Positions 48,008 through 56,439 of a stretch of DNA of 64,000 bases are shown in pieces (within the stretch, counting starts at the first letter, position 1; every line of letters starts with the position of its first letter). The notes beneath the pieces are model-generated. The model saw only the letters and a program-made list of their open reading frames with translations. It was not told where the DNA came from and did not search any database. A program made the translations under genes and the position numbers. Source of the DNA: Bacteroidales bacterium (lineage in GTDB: Bacteria > Bacteroidota > Bacteroidia > Bacteroidales > Paludibacteraceae); assembly GCA_012519885.1 (NCBI GenBank), contig JAAYPI010000009.1, positions 10,163-74,162 on the forward strand. Direction: 5' to 3'.

Positions 48008-48879
48008 TATCCATAATCATCGTAAATTATAATACCGCTTTATTTGTAAACAAAGCAATTGAATCCATATTGCTACATACAAAGGATATATCATACGAAA
48101 TTATTATTGTAGATAATAATTCTTCTCAAGATTTACAATCTCATATTTCTGTTTTTAAAGAAAAAGTTTCAGTAATTTATCTTGCTGAAAATATTGGCTT
48201 TGGAAGGGCAAATAACGAAGGGTTAAAAATTGCGACTGGTCGTTATGTATTTTTTCTAAATCCGGATACGATATTACTCAATAATGCGATTAATATATTA
48301 GCTGATTTTTTAGATCAACATCCTCATGTAGGTGTTTGTGGGGGCAATTTATATGATGCAGATGGTATGCCCAATCATTCATATATGCCTTCGTTACCAT
48401 CTCCCATATGGGAATTAAATTCTTTGTTTGGAAATATCCTTTTTAAGTTGAGGTATGGAAAAAATATTCAATTTAATTTTACTGCTAACCCTTTACCTGT
48501 TGGTTATATTACAGGAGCAGACATGATGGTCAGAGGGAGTGTGTTAGAGCAGTGTGGGGCTTTTGATCCTGATTTTTTTATGTATTACGAGGAGACAGAG
48601 TTAACATATCGTATAATCAAAGCTGGATTTAGTATAATGTCTGTCCCCAATGCAAAAATCATACATTTAGAAGGTCAAAGTTTTGCGACCAATGACAATA
48701 GAGAAAATTTAAAATCTATTTCAAGAAAATTATATTATAAAAAAACACAACCTGCAATAGCCTTATTGCTTTCAAATATCTTATTAAGATTAAATTGCTT
48801 ATTACGAATTGTTCTTTTTTCTATCTTGTTAGAATCGAATAAACAAAAATATTGGAAATTAATATATAAAAATATATGA
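48004..48879 (+). CDS. Glycosyltransferase family 2 (GT-A)
   Basis: ISIIIVNYN...VDNNSS...GFGRANNEG...NPD. ATGA overlap with the upstream gene. Confidence 0.8.
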   Translation: MISIIIVNYNTALFVNKAIESILLHTKDISYEIIIVDNNSSQDLQSHISVFKEKVSVIYLAENIGFGRANNEGLKIATGRYVFFLNPDTILLNNAINILADFLDQHPHVGVCGGNLYDADGMPNHSYMPSLPSPIWELNSLFGNILFKLRYGKNIQFNFTANPLPVGYITGADMMVRGSVLEQCGAFDPDFFMYYEETELTYRIIKAGFSIMSVPNAKIIHLEGQSFATNDNRENLKSISRKLYYKKTQPAIALLLSNILLRLNCLLRIVLFSILLESNKQKYWKLIYKNI

Positions 48880-49895
48880 TTATACTAACAGGAACATATC
48901 CGCCAGAAAAATGTGGAGTAGGAGATTATTCCTACCAATTGTTGCATACTACAGTAGCAAAAGAAAATAAATGGCAAGTGTATCATGCTAGAAAGAATTC
49001 TATAGGTAAGTTTTTTGCTACCATAAAAGAAATCAATGCTATGGGAGATGATTCCATTAATTTGCAGTATCCATCAATGGGATTTCTTAACTCTTTAATG
49101 CCTCACTTATTTTGTCTATATTTTCGTATTTTTTCAAAGAAAAAAATATCGGTTACCATTCACGAATACACGCAATTGGGATGGAAAGGTAAGTTTTGTA
49201 CCTATATTTTCTTGATATTTGCACACAAATTGATTTTTACAAATGAATTTGAACGTCATGCAGCAATTCGGAGTTGGTATAAAACCGCCCCCAAAAGCAC
49301 CGTAATAAAAATATATTCAAATATTATTGCCCAAGATAATCTAAAAAAGATTGAAAATAGACAATACGATATAGGATATTTTGGTTATATTCGTCCAGAG
49401 AAAGGATTGGAAGATTATATCACAGTAATAGCCAACATGAAGAAGAAAAATACTCAGCTTAAAACATATATATTGGGACAAACGCAACCTGTATATAAAC
49501 AATATTATGAGGACGTTTTAAAACAAGCTACCGCAGTAGGTATAGACATAATATTAAATAAGGATGACGTATTTGTAAGTAATGTATTGGCAGAAACAAA
49601 AATAGCCTATTTACCTTTTCCAGATGGTGTCTCTGAGCGTAGAGGATCTTTTTTGGCATGTGTAAAAAATAAAATGTTAGTTGTTACAACCGAAGGTTTA
49701 TTTACCACGAATGCACATCGCAATTTATTAGATATTGCAACCAAAGATAATGCTGAAAATGTTATTCAAAGATTATTGTCGTTATCAACATACGAATGGG
49801 CTGAAAAACAACAACAAATAGAAAAATTTATTGATTCAGAAATGCCTGCTTCATGGGACGAAGTGGCACAGCAATACCACACATATTTACTATGA
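48876..49895 (+). CDS. Glycosyltransferase, GT-B-like
   Basis: N-terminal ILTGTYPPEKCGVGDYS is typical of GT4-like enzymes. ATGA overlap at both ends. Confidence 0.55.
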   Translation: MIILTGTYPPEKCGVGDYSYQLLHTTVAKENKWQVYHARKNSIGKFFATIKEINAMGDDSINLQYPSMGFLNSLMPHLFCLYFRIFSKKKISVTIHEYTQLGWKGKFCTYIFLIFAHKLIFTNEFERHAAIRSWYKTAPKSTVIKIYSNIIAQDNLKKIENRQYDIGYFGYIRPEKGLEDYITVIANMKKKNTQLKTYILGQTQPVYKQYYEDVLKQATAVGIDIILNKDDVFVSNVLAETKIAYLPFPDGVSERRGSFLACVKNKMLVVTTEGLFTTNAHRNLLDIATKDNAENVIQRLLSLSTYEWAEKQQQIEKFIDSEMPASWDEVAQQYHTYLL

Positions 49896-50635
49896 TATCA
49901 GTATGTATCGCCACATATAATGGCTCAAAATATATCAAAGAACAATTGCAGTCAATTTTAAAACAATTGGGTGAGGAGGATGAAATTATTATTTCTGATG
50001 ATGGAAGTACTGATGATACCGTTAATATTATTAGAGGAATGTCTGATAATAGAATTAGAGTAGTAAACCATACGAAAGATGCTTCTTACAAAAACCTATC
50101 TGTTGCATCATTTTTGTTTGCGTCATATAATTTTGAAAATGCAATTATGCATGCCCGAGGTAATATTATTTATCTTTCAGATCAAGATGATGTGTGGGCT
50201 CCGGATAGGATAGAAAAAACGCTTCCATTGATGGAAAATAATGATTTGGTAATGTGTAATTTTTCTCTTATCGACGAGAATAGTACAAAGGTGTTAGAAA
50301 AATATTTATCAAAAGATCCAGCTGGGAAAACTTTATTTTGGAATTTATGGAAAATTCCTTTTAGAGGCTGTTGTATGACGATCAAACGTGAAGTCCTTTT
50401 ACAAAGTATGCCATTGCCTCCTCAATGTGTGTGTCATGATATATGGATTGGAACTTATTTGGTTCACAAAGGGTATAAATACACCTTTATTAATGAACCA
50501 TTACATTACTATCGAAGTCATACTACGAATGTATCACCTGTAGTTGGAAAAAGTCCTAATAGTTTATGGTTTAAACTAGCATATCGGTTAAGATATTTAA
50601 TACAAGTATTTACTCATAAATCCCTTGTTCAATAA
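49892..50635 (+). CDS. Glycosyltransferase family 2 (GT-A)
   Basis: ATG 49892 gives MISVCIATYNGSKYI...ISDDGSTD...DQDD. The track extension from 49853 overlaps the previous gene. Confidence 0.8.
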   Translation: MISVCIATYNGSKYIKEQLQSILKQLGEEDEIIISDDGSTDDTVNIIRGMSDNRIRVVNHTKDASYKNLSVASFLFASYNFENAIMHARGNIIYLSDQDDVWAPDRIEKTLPLMENNDLVMCNFSLIDENSTKVLEKYLSKDPAGKTLFWNLWKIPFRGCCMTIKREVLLQSMPLPPQCVCHDIWIGTYLVHKGYKYTFINEPLHYYRSHTTNVSPVVGKSPNSLWFKLAYRLRYLIQVFTHKSLVQ

Positions 50636-51804
50636 TGAAAATATGTTTGTTAACGCCCCGTTTCCCATTCCCTGAAAATGGAGGAGATGTGTTACGAATC
50701 AATAATATCGCACGTTATCTCAAATCGCAATCACATCAGTTGGTGTTAGTATCGTTTTATGATAACGAAATCGAAATCAATGACGAATGCAAAAGATTAT
50801 ATGATACTATTTATACTGTTCCTCGTAGTAATATAGTGTCAGCGATTAATTCTTTGCGTTTCTTGATGAGTGGTAAGCCTATACAATGTGGTTATTACTA
50901 TTCTGCACAATTATTAAGAATTTTTAAAAAAGTAGTTGAAACTGAGAAATGTGATTTATATATATCTCACTTGCTACGCATGACTCCTTATTTAGAAAAA
51001 TTAAATTTGCAAGATAAATCTATCGTCGAAATGACTGATGCTTTATCAAAAACCTATCAACGATCATCTGAAATAAAAGGAATTTCACTGAAAAAGATAA
51101 TATATAAATTTGAACAAGAATTCATTTTTAGGTATGAACAAAAAATTGTATATACTTTCAAAAAAGTAGTTTTAGTTTCTCGAAACGATATTCAGTATTT
51201 GAGTAAAAAAATAAAAAATAATACGAGTTTAAGCTTTCATACCAATGGGGTAGATTGTATCAATACCCATTTGTTGTCATATCAAAAAAACAAAATATGT
51301 TTTGTAGGTAATATGAGAACCATACAAAATCAAGATGCTGTTAAGTTTTTTGTAACTAGTATTTTGCCTTTAATAATGGAATCAGTGCCTGATGTGCGTT
51401 TTTATATCATAGGGGCTGAACCTCCAACAAGTATACGCAATTTAGCAGATGGTAAAAATATTTTTGTTACTGGATTTGTCGAATCTTTAGTTGAGTTTAT
51501 ACAAGATTCTTGTGTTGCAGTAGCTCCAATACGCATTGCTGCGGGTATTCAAAATAAAGTTTTGATTTCAATGGCTAGTGGTGTACCAATTGTTTTGTCA
51601 GAATTGATATCCAAAGCTATACCAGAATTAACTAATGGAACTAACTGTTTTATTGCAAATGATGCTATGGCGTTTGCAGATGCATGTATTAGGCTAATAA
51701 CAAATTCAGAGTTACGTAATCAGATTTCAACTGCTGGATACAATCTAGTTTTGAATAATTATTCATGGCAAGCATGTTTGGCTAATTACGAACAAATGAG
51801 ATAA
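50635..51804 (+). CDS. Glycosyltransferase family 4 (GT-B)
   Basis: MKICLLTPRFPFPENGGDVLRI... and C-terminal AAGIQNKVLISMASGVPIV. TAATG overlap with the upstream stop. Confidence 0.75.
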   Translation: MKICLLTPRFPFPENGGDVLRINNIARYLKSQSHQLVLVSFYDNEIEINDECKRLYDTIYTVPRSNIVSAINSLRFLMSGKPIQCGYYYSAQLLRIFKKVVETEKCDLYISHLLRMTPYLEKLNLQDKSIVEMTDALSKTYQRSSEIKGISLKKIIYKFEQEFIFRYEQKIVYTFKKVVLVSRNDIQYLSKKIKNNTSLSFHTNGVDCINTHLLSYQKNKICFVGNMRTIQNQDAVKFFVTSILPLIMESVPDVRFYIIGAEPPTSIRNLADGKNIFVTGFVESLVEFIQDSCVAVAPIRIAAGIQNKVLISMASGVPIVLSELISKAIPELTNGTNCFIANDAMAFADACIRLITNSELRNQISTAGYNLVLNNYSWQACLANYEQMR

Positions 51805-51917
51805 ACTGAATTGATATAATTTGGACATTTTGTAAAATTTATGTTAGATTATTGATCAATTAATATGGAATTTTGAAAAAAATAGGCTTACTTCTATTGT
51901 TTGTTAAAAAAAAACTG

Positions 51918-51925
51918 TATTTTTG
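51918..51925 (+). promoter_or_regulatory. -7 box TATTTTTG upstream of the phe/tyr leader
   Basis: TAnnTTTG 19 nt upstream of leader ATG 51944. Confidence 0.5.
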
Positions 51926-51943
51926 TGCCAGAATAATATTGAA

Positions 51944-52000
51944 ATGAGAAATTTTACTTTTACATACTTTTACTTTTATTTTTACTTTAGCAAAAAGTAA
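51944..52000 (+). CDS. Candidate 18-aa leader peptide, MRNFTFTYFYFYFYFSKK (Phe/Tyr regulatory codons)
   Basis: ATG to TAA, with 6 Phe and 4 Tyr codons including an uninterrupted YFYFYFYF run (51965..51988). It lies just upstream of the terminator and the aromatic amino-acid operon. Confidence 0.6.
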   Translation: MRNFTFTYFYFYFYFSKK

Positions 52001-52001
52001 A

Positions 52002-52076
52002 ACGGGGTTTGGTATGAAAAATGTAAACAATAACATAATAAGTAAGTAAATCCCGTCAAAATTGATGGGATTTTTT
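52002..52076 (+). promoter_or_regulatory. Attenuator RNA. Antiterminator helix: 52002..52010 with 52048..52056. It competes with the terminator helix: 52048..52057 with 52064..52073, plus a U tract.
   Basis: ACGGGGTTT is complementary to AAATCCCGT (8 Watson-Crick pairs and 1 GU). AAATCCCGTC pairs with GATGGGATTT (9 Watson-Crick pairs and 1 GU), with a 6-nt loop, followed by TTT then AATTTT. Confidence 0.55.
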
Positions 52077-52116
52077 AATTTTAAGCTACATAGATAACGA
52101 AATATAAACTAAAAAT

Positions 52117-52953
52117 ATGAAAACAGTTGCTATACAAGGTGTCGCAGGTTCTTTTCACGATATTGCAGCCCGCAATTTTTTTAAAGAACAAGAAATAAAG
52201 TTAGTGCCATGCGATTCGTTTAAAGAATTATTTGCGGTTATTAAAAAAGATAATTCAATTATAGGAGCAGTGGCAATTGAAAATACCATTGCAGGAAGTT
52301 TGTTGCCTAATCATACCTTGTTGCGCGAAAGTGGCTTTAAGATTGTTGGTGAATATAAATTACGTATAGAACATCAATTGGTGGCGATGCCAGGCCAAAC
52401 AATAAAAGATATTGAAAAAGTATATTCGCATCCTATAGCATTAATGCAGTGTGAGGATTTTTTAGTAGAACACCCTCATTTAGAGCCTGTTGAGAGCGAA
52501 GATACGGCGGCAAGTGCTAAATTAATAGCAGAAAAAAAGATTATGGGCAGAGCAGCGATTTGTAGCCGTTTAGCCGCTGAAATATATGGATTGGAAGTGT
52601 TGGCTGAAGGCATTGAAACAAACAAACGCAATTATACTCGGTTTTTAATTATAGCCGATTCGTGGTTAGCTGATGAAATGCTCAAGAATATAAAAGCGGA
52701 TAAATCATCCTTAGTTTTTTCATTGCCTCATGAGGAAGGTAGCCTAGCTAAAGTTCTATCCATTTTGTCGTATTATCACGTTAACTTAACCAAAATTCAG
52801 TCATTGCCTATTATTGGGAGAGAATGGGAATACATGTTTTATATCAATTTAACATTCGATAATTACATGCGTTATCGACAAGCATTAGATGCTATTCGTC
52901 CATTTACCAAAGATCTACAGTTATTAGGAGAATATAAAGCTTTTGAAGGATAA
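52117..52953 (+). CDS. pheA: Prephenate dehydratase with a C-terminal ACT domain
   Basis: 278 aa, PDT domain (IQGVAGSFHD...ENTIAGS), TRF motif (NYTRFLII), and ACT (SLVFSLPHEEGSLAKVL). Confidence 0.88.
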   Translation: MKTVAIQGVAGSFHDIAARNFFKEQEIKLVPCDSFKELFAVIKKDNSIIGAVAIENTIAGSLLPNHTLLRESGFKIVGEYKLRIEHQLVAMPGQTIKDIEKVYSHPIALMQCEDFLVEHPHLEPVESEDTAASAKLIAEKKIMGRAAICSRLAAEIYGLEVLAEGIETNKRNYTRFLIIADSWLADEMLKNIKADKSSLVFSLPHEEGSLAKVLSILSYYHVNLTKIQSLPIIGREWEYMFYINLTFDNYMRYRQALDAIRPFTKDLQLLGEYKAFEG

Positions 52954-52957
52954 AAAT

Positions 52958-54127
52958 ATGATGAAGATACAACCAGCCAATCGATTAAATGAAGTATCAG
53001 AATACTATTTCTCACGTAAGTTAAAAGAAATAGCCCAAATGAATGCAGCAGGCATGAATGTTATAAGTTTGGGAATTGGTAGCCCCGATATGCCACCATC
53101 AGAAAGCACGATTGAAACCTTAGCCCAGGTAGCAAAAATGCCCAACACCCATGGCTACCAGCCAACAATAGGTATCCCAGAGTTAAGAAAAGCCTTTGCT
53201 GATTGGTATGTACGTTGGTATGGAGTGCAACTAGATGCAAACAGCGAGATACAACCGCTAATTGGATCAAAAGAAGGTATTTTGCATGTTACTTTGGCGT
53301 TTGTTAATCCAGGCGAAAAAGTACTAGTGCCAAACCCTGGTTATCCAACCTATACTTCGCTTAGTAAATTGTTGGGTGCAGAGGTTGTACAATACGATTT
53401 ATGTGAAGATAAAGGCTGGGAACCCGATTTTGAAGCATTACAAAAAATGGACTTATCAAATGTAAAACTCATGTGGACAAATTATCCAAATATGCCAACA
53501 GGAGCCAACGCAAGTATAAGTTTATACCAGAAAATTGTAGATTTTGCCAAAAAGAATGCTATTGTAGTAGTAAACGATAATCCATACAGTTTTATTTTAA
53601 ACAACAAACCGCTAAGTATTTTACAAATAGAAGGGGCAAAAGAATGTTGTATAGAATTTAATTCGTTGAGCAAAAGTCATAATATGCCTGGTTGGCGTAT
53701 TGGTATGATTGCTGCAAATCCAACGTTTATCGAATGGATTGTACGGGTGAAAAGTAATATAGATTCTGGAACATTTAGAGCAATGCAATTGGCTGCAGTA
53801 CAAGCACTTTCTAATACAAACGATTGGCATAAAGAAATGAATATTGATGTATATCAGTCGCGTAGAGATATTGCTGGAAAAATTATGAATGCTCTTAATT
53901 GTAGTTATGATGATACGCAAGTAGGAATGTTTTTATGGGGAAAAGTGCCTGATAATGCCCTATCGGCTGAAGAAATTACAGAAAAAGTATTGCATGAAGC
54001 CAAGGTTTTTATTACTCCTGGGTTTATTTTTGGAAGCAATGGCGAACGATATATACGTATTTCCTTGTGTGCTACACAAGCCATGCTCGAAGAAGCATTA
54101 AATAGAATTCAATTAATAATCAAATAA
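52958..54127 (+). CDS. Class I/II pyridoxal-phosphate aminotransferase (probable aromatic/prephenate aminotransferase)
   Basis: PLP-lysine motif NSLSKSHNMPGWRIG. It sits in the phe/tyr operon. The track start at 52943 is TTG. Confidence 0.8.
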   Translation: MMKIQPANRLNEVSEYYFSRKLKEIAQMNAAGMNVISLGIGSPDMPPSESTIETLAQVAKMPNTHGYQPTIGIPELRKAFADWYVRWYGVQLDANSEIQPLIGSKEGILHVTLAFVNPGEKVLVPNPGYPTYTSLSKLLGAEVVQYDLCEDKGWEPDFEALQKMDLSNVKLMWTNYPNMPTGANASISLYQKIVDFAKKNAIVVVNDNPYSFILNNKPLSILQIEGAKECCIEFNSLSKSHNMPGWRIGMIAANPTFIEWIVRVKSNIDSGTFRAMQLAAVQALSNTNDWHKEMNIDVYQSRRDIAGKIMNALNCSYDDTQVGMFLWGKVPDNALSAEEITEKVLHEAKVFITPGFIFGSNGERYIRISLCATQAMLEEALNRIQLIIK

Positions 54128-54140
54128 AAAATATAAAAAC

Positions 54141-55208
54141 ATGAACGATTTACAATCAATATTATTACCTGGTATTGAGTCGAAACGACCGATAGTAATA
54201 GCCGGACCTTGCAGTGCCGAAACAGAAGAGCAAGTAATGGATACAGCCAAACAATTGGCGAAAAATGGGATAAAAATATACAGAGCAGGAATATGGAAAC
54301 CTAGAACAAAACCTGGAGGATTTGAAGGTATAGGAGAAATTGGTTTACCTTGGTTACAAAAAGTAAAAGAAGAAACAGGTATGTATGTATCTACCGAAGT
54401 AGCTACTGCCAAACACGTAGAAGCTGCATTGAAAGCTGGTATTGATATACTCTGGGTAGGTGCACGAACTTCTGCTAATCCTTTTGCTGTACAAGAAATT
54501 GCCGATTCATTGAAAGGAGTGGATATACCTGTGTTGATAAAAAACCCCGTTAATCCAGATTTAGATTTATGGATTGGTGCTATTGAACGTATTTATAATG
54601 CAGGAATTAGAAAATTAGGAGCTATCCACAGAGGATTTAGTTCGTATGATAAAAAAATATACCGTAATTTACCTCAATGGCATATTCCAATCGAACTACA
54701 TCGCCGTTTGCCTAATATGCCAATTATTTGCGATCCAAGCCATGTTGGAGGAAGAAGAGAATTGATTGCATCGATTAGTCAACAAGCTATGGATTTAAGT
54801 TTTGATGGTTTAATTATTGAATCACACATTTGCCCTGATAAGGCATGGAGCGATGCTTCGCAACAAATAACGCCAGATATTTTACAATTTATAATCAATA
54901 AATTGGTAATTAGAGAGGGTGTTCAAACAACGGAAAGTTTGGCCGATTTACGTTTGCAAATAGACAATATTGATAATGATTTATTAGAAATGTTATCTAA
55001 ACGTATGCGTATATCGCGTGAGATAGGCACATTTAAAAAAGAGCATAATATGCCTGTATTACAAGCCAATCGTTACGATGAGATTATGCAAAAACGTGTA
55101 ATTCTTGGTGAGTCAATGGGTATGTCCCCCGAATTTGTAACTAAAATATTGGAAGCAATACACGAAGAATCAGTGCGTCAACAAATAGATGTGATTAACT
55201 CTAAGTAA
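54141..55208 (+). CDS. Bifunctional 3-deoxy-7-phosphoheptulonate (DAHP) synthase / chorismate mutase type II
   Basis: N-terminal type I-beta DAHPS (IAGPCSAE...KPRT...CDPSH) and C-terminal CM_2 (LRLQIDNIDNDLLEMLSKRMRISREIGTFK). Confidence 0.88.
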   Translation: MNDLQSILLPGIESKRPIVIAGPCSAETEEQVMDTAKQLAKNGIKIYRAGIWKPRTKPGGFEGIGEIGLPWLQKVKEETGMYVSTEVATAKHVEAALKAGIDILWVGARTSANPFAVQEIADSLKGVDIPVLIKNPVNPDLDLWIGAIERIYNAGIRKLGAIHRGFSSYDKKIYRNLPQWHIPIELHRRLPNMPIICDPSHVGGRRELIASISQQAMDLSFDGLIIESHICPDKAWSDASQQITPDILQFIINKLVIREGVQTTESLADLRLQIDNIDNDLLEMLSKRMRISREIGTFKKEHNMPVLQANRYDEIMQKRVILGESMGMSPEFVTKILEAIHEESVRQQIDVINSK

Positions 55209-55228
55209 TTTAATAAATCCATAAGTAT

Positions 55229-56002
55229 ATGAAAATTCTCATATTAGGTGCAGGTAAAATGGGTACATTCTTTTGTGATGTATTATGTACCCAACACAAA
55301 GTTGCTATTTTTGATACTAATCCTAAAAATTTACGTTTTGTATTTAATACCTACCGCCTTACACAATATGATGAAATTGCGGAATTTGCCCCAGAACTAG
55401 TTATTAATGCGGTAACACTCAAACATACCATTGATGCATTTCAAGCAGTAATTGCTTATTTGCCAAGTACGTGTATTTTGTCGGATATCGCGTCTGTAAA
55501 AACAGGTTTGCAGGAGTTTTATGCATCTACTGGTATGCGATATGTATCCACTCATCCAATGTTTGGACCCACATTTGCAAATTTGGAAGATTTGAGTGCG
55601 CAAAGTGCCATTATTATTTCCGAATCCGATCACATGGGAAAAGCATTTTTTAAAGACTTATATCAAAGTTTAAAATTGCAAATTTTTGAATATACGTTTT
55701 TAGAACATGATGAAACCATTGCCTATTCGTTGTCTATCCCCTTTGCATCTACCATTGTATTTGCTGCAGTAATGAAACATCAAGATGCTCCAGGTACAAC
55801 GTTCAAAAGACACTTAGCCATTGCAAGAGGATTATTTGCCGAAGATGATTATTTGCTTTCAGAAATTTTGTTTAACCCTTTTACACCTTCGCAAGTAGAG
55901 AAAATTCGTGGCGAATTGAAGTTTTTACTAGAAATTATTGAACAAAAAGATTCAAAAGCAATGCATTCATATTTGCAGAAATTGCGAGAAAATATTCAAT
56001 AA
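55229..56002 (+). CDS. tyrA: Prephenate dehydrogenase
   Basis: Rossmann ILILGAGKMG, catalytic region SVK...VSTHPMFGP. Confidence 0.82.
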   Translation: MKILILGAGKMGTFFCDVLCTQHKVAIFDTNPKNLRFVFNTYRLTQYDEIAEFAPELVINAVTLKHTIDAFQAVIAYLPSTCILSDIASVKTGLQEFYASTGMRYVSTHPMFGPTFANLEDLSAQSAIIISESDHMGKAFFKDLYQSLKLQIFEYTFLEHDETIAYSLSIPFASTIVFAAVMKHQDAPGTTFKRHLAIARGLFAEDDYLLSEILFNPFTPSQVEKIRGELKFLLEIIEQKDSKAMHSYLQKLRENIQ

Positions 56003-56057
56003 ATGAATTAGTAAGTATTTTTTTTATAAAAAATTTGTATATACTCAAAAAATCATA

Positions 56058-56065
56058 TATATTTG
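56058..56065 (+). promoter_or_regulatory. -7 box TATATTTG for small ORF 56083
   Basis: TAnnTTTG 18 nt upstream of ATG 56083. Confidence 0.5.
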
Positions 56066-56082
56066 CAAAAATATACTAACCT

Positions 56083-56379
56083 ATGAAAAAATTACTACTC
56101 TACATATTGCTCTCTTTTGCGGTGGTTGGGGTGTATGCTACTACCGAAAAAAAGCCCGTAAATACGGTGCAAGAAACGCAACAAGAAGTTGTTTCAGTAG
56201 TGGGTAATAAGGTATATATTACAGCTAAGGCAGGAGAAGAAATAAACATATTTGCTCTTACTGGTCAAAATGTATATCGTACTCTTTCCGAAGGAGGGGT
56301 GTTGGTGGTCGAAGATTTACCTACAAACCAAATTTTAGTAGTACGTATTGGAGCCAAAGCTTATAAAGTGAAATTATAA
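56083..56379 (+). CDS. Small secreted protein consisting of little more than a T9SS-CTD-like beta-sandwich
   Basis: Signal peptide MKKLLLYILLSFAVVGVYA. The remainder (VVGNKVYITAKAGEEINIFALTGQNVYRTLSEGGVLVVEDLPTNQILVVRIGAKAYKVKL) resembles a Por C-terminal sorting domain. Confidence 0.5.
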   Translation: MKKLLLYILLSFAVVGVYATTEKKPVNTVQETQQEVVSVVGNKVYITAKAGEEINIFALTGQNVYRTLSEGGVLVVEDLPTNQILVVRIGAKAYKVKL

Positions 56380-56407
56380 AGATAAAAGATTTGTTGTTAG
56401 TTTTATG

Positions 56408-56438
56408 GGAGATGCAATTTTGTGTCTCCTATTTTTTT
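56408..56438 (+). terminator. Terminator after small ORF 56083..56379
   Basis: GGAGATGC (56408..56415) pairs with GTGTCTCC (56422..56429) with 2 GU pairs, followed by TATTTTTTT. Confidence 0.6.
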
Positions 56439-56439
56439 G

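Noticed and set aside
52014-52049. A second mini-ORF (MKNVNNNIISK) inside the attenuator spacer
   Set aside because: It has no enrichment for regulatory codons, and its stop overlaps the terminator arm by chance. The Phe/Tyr ORF explains the structure without it.
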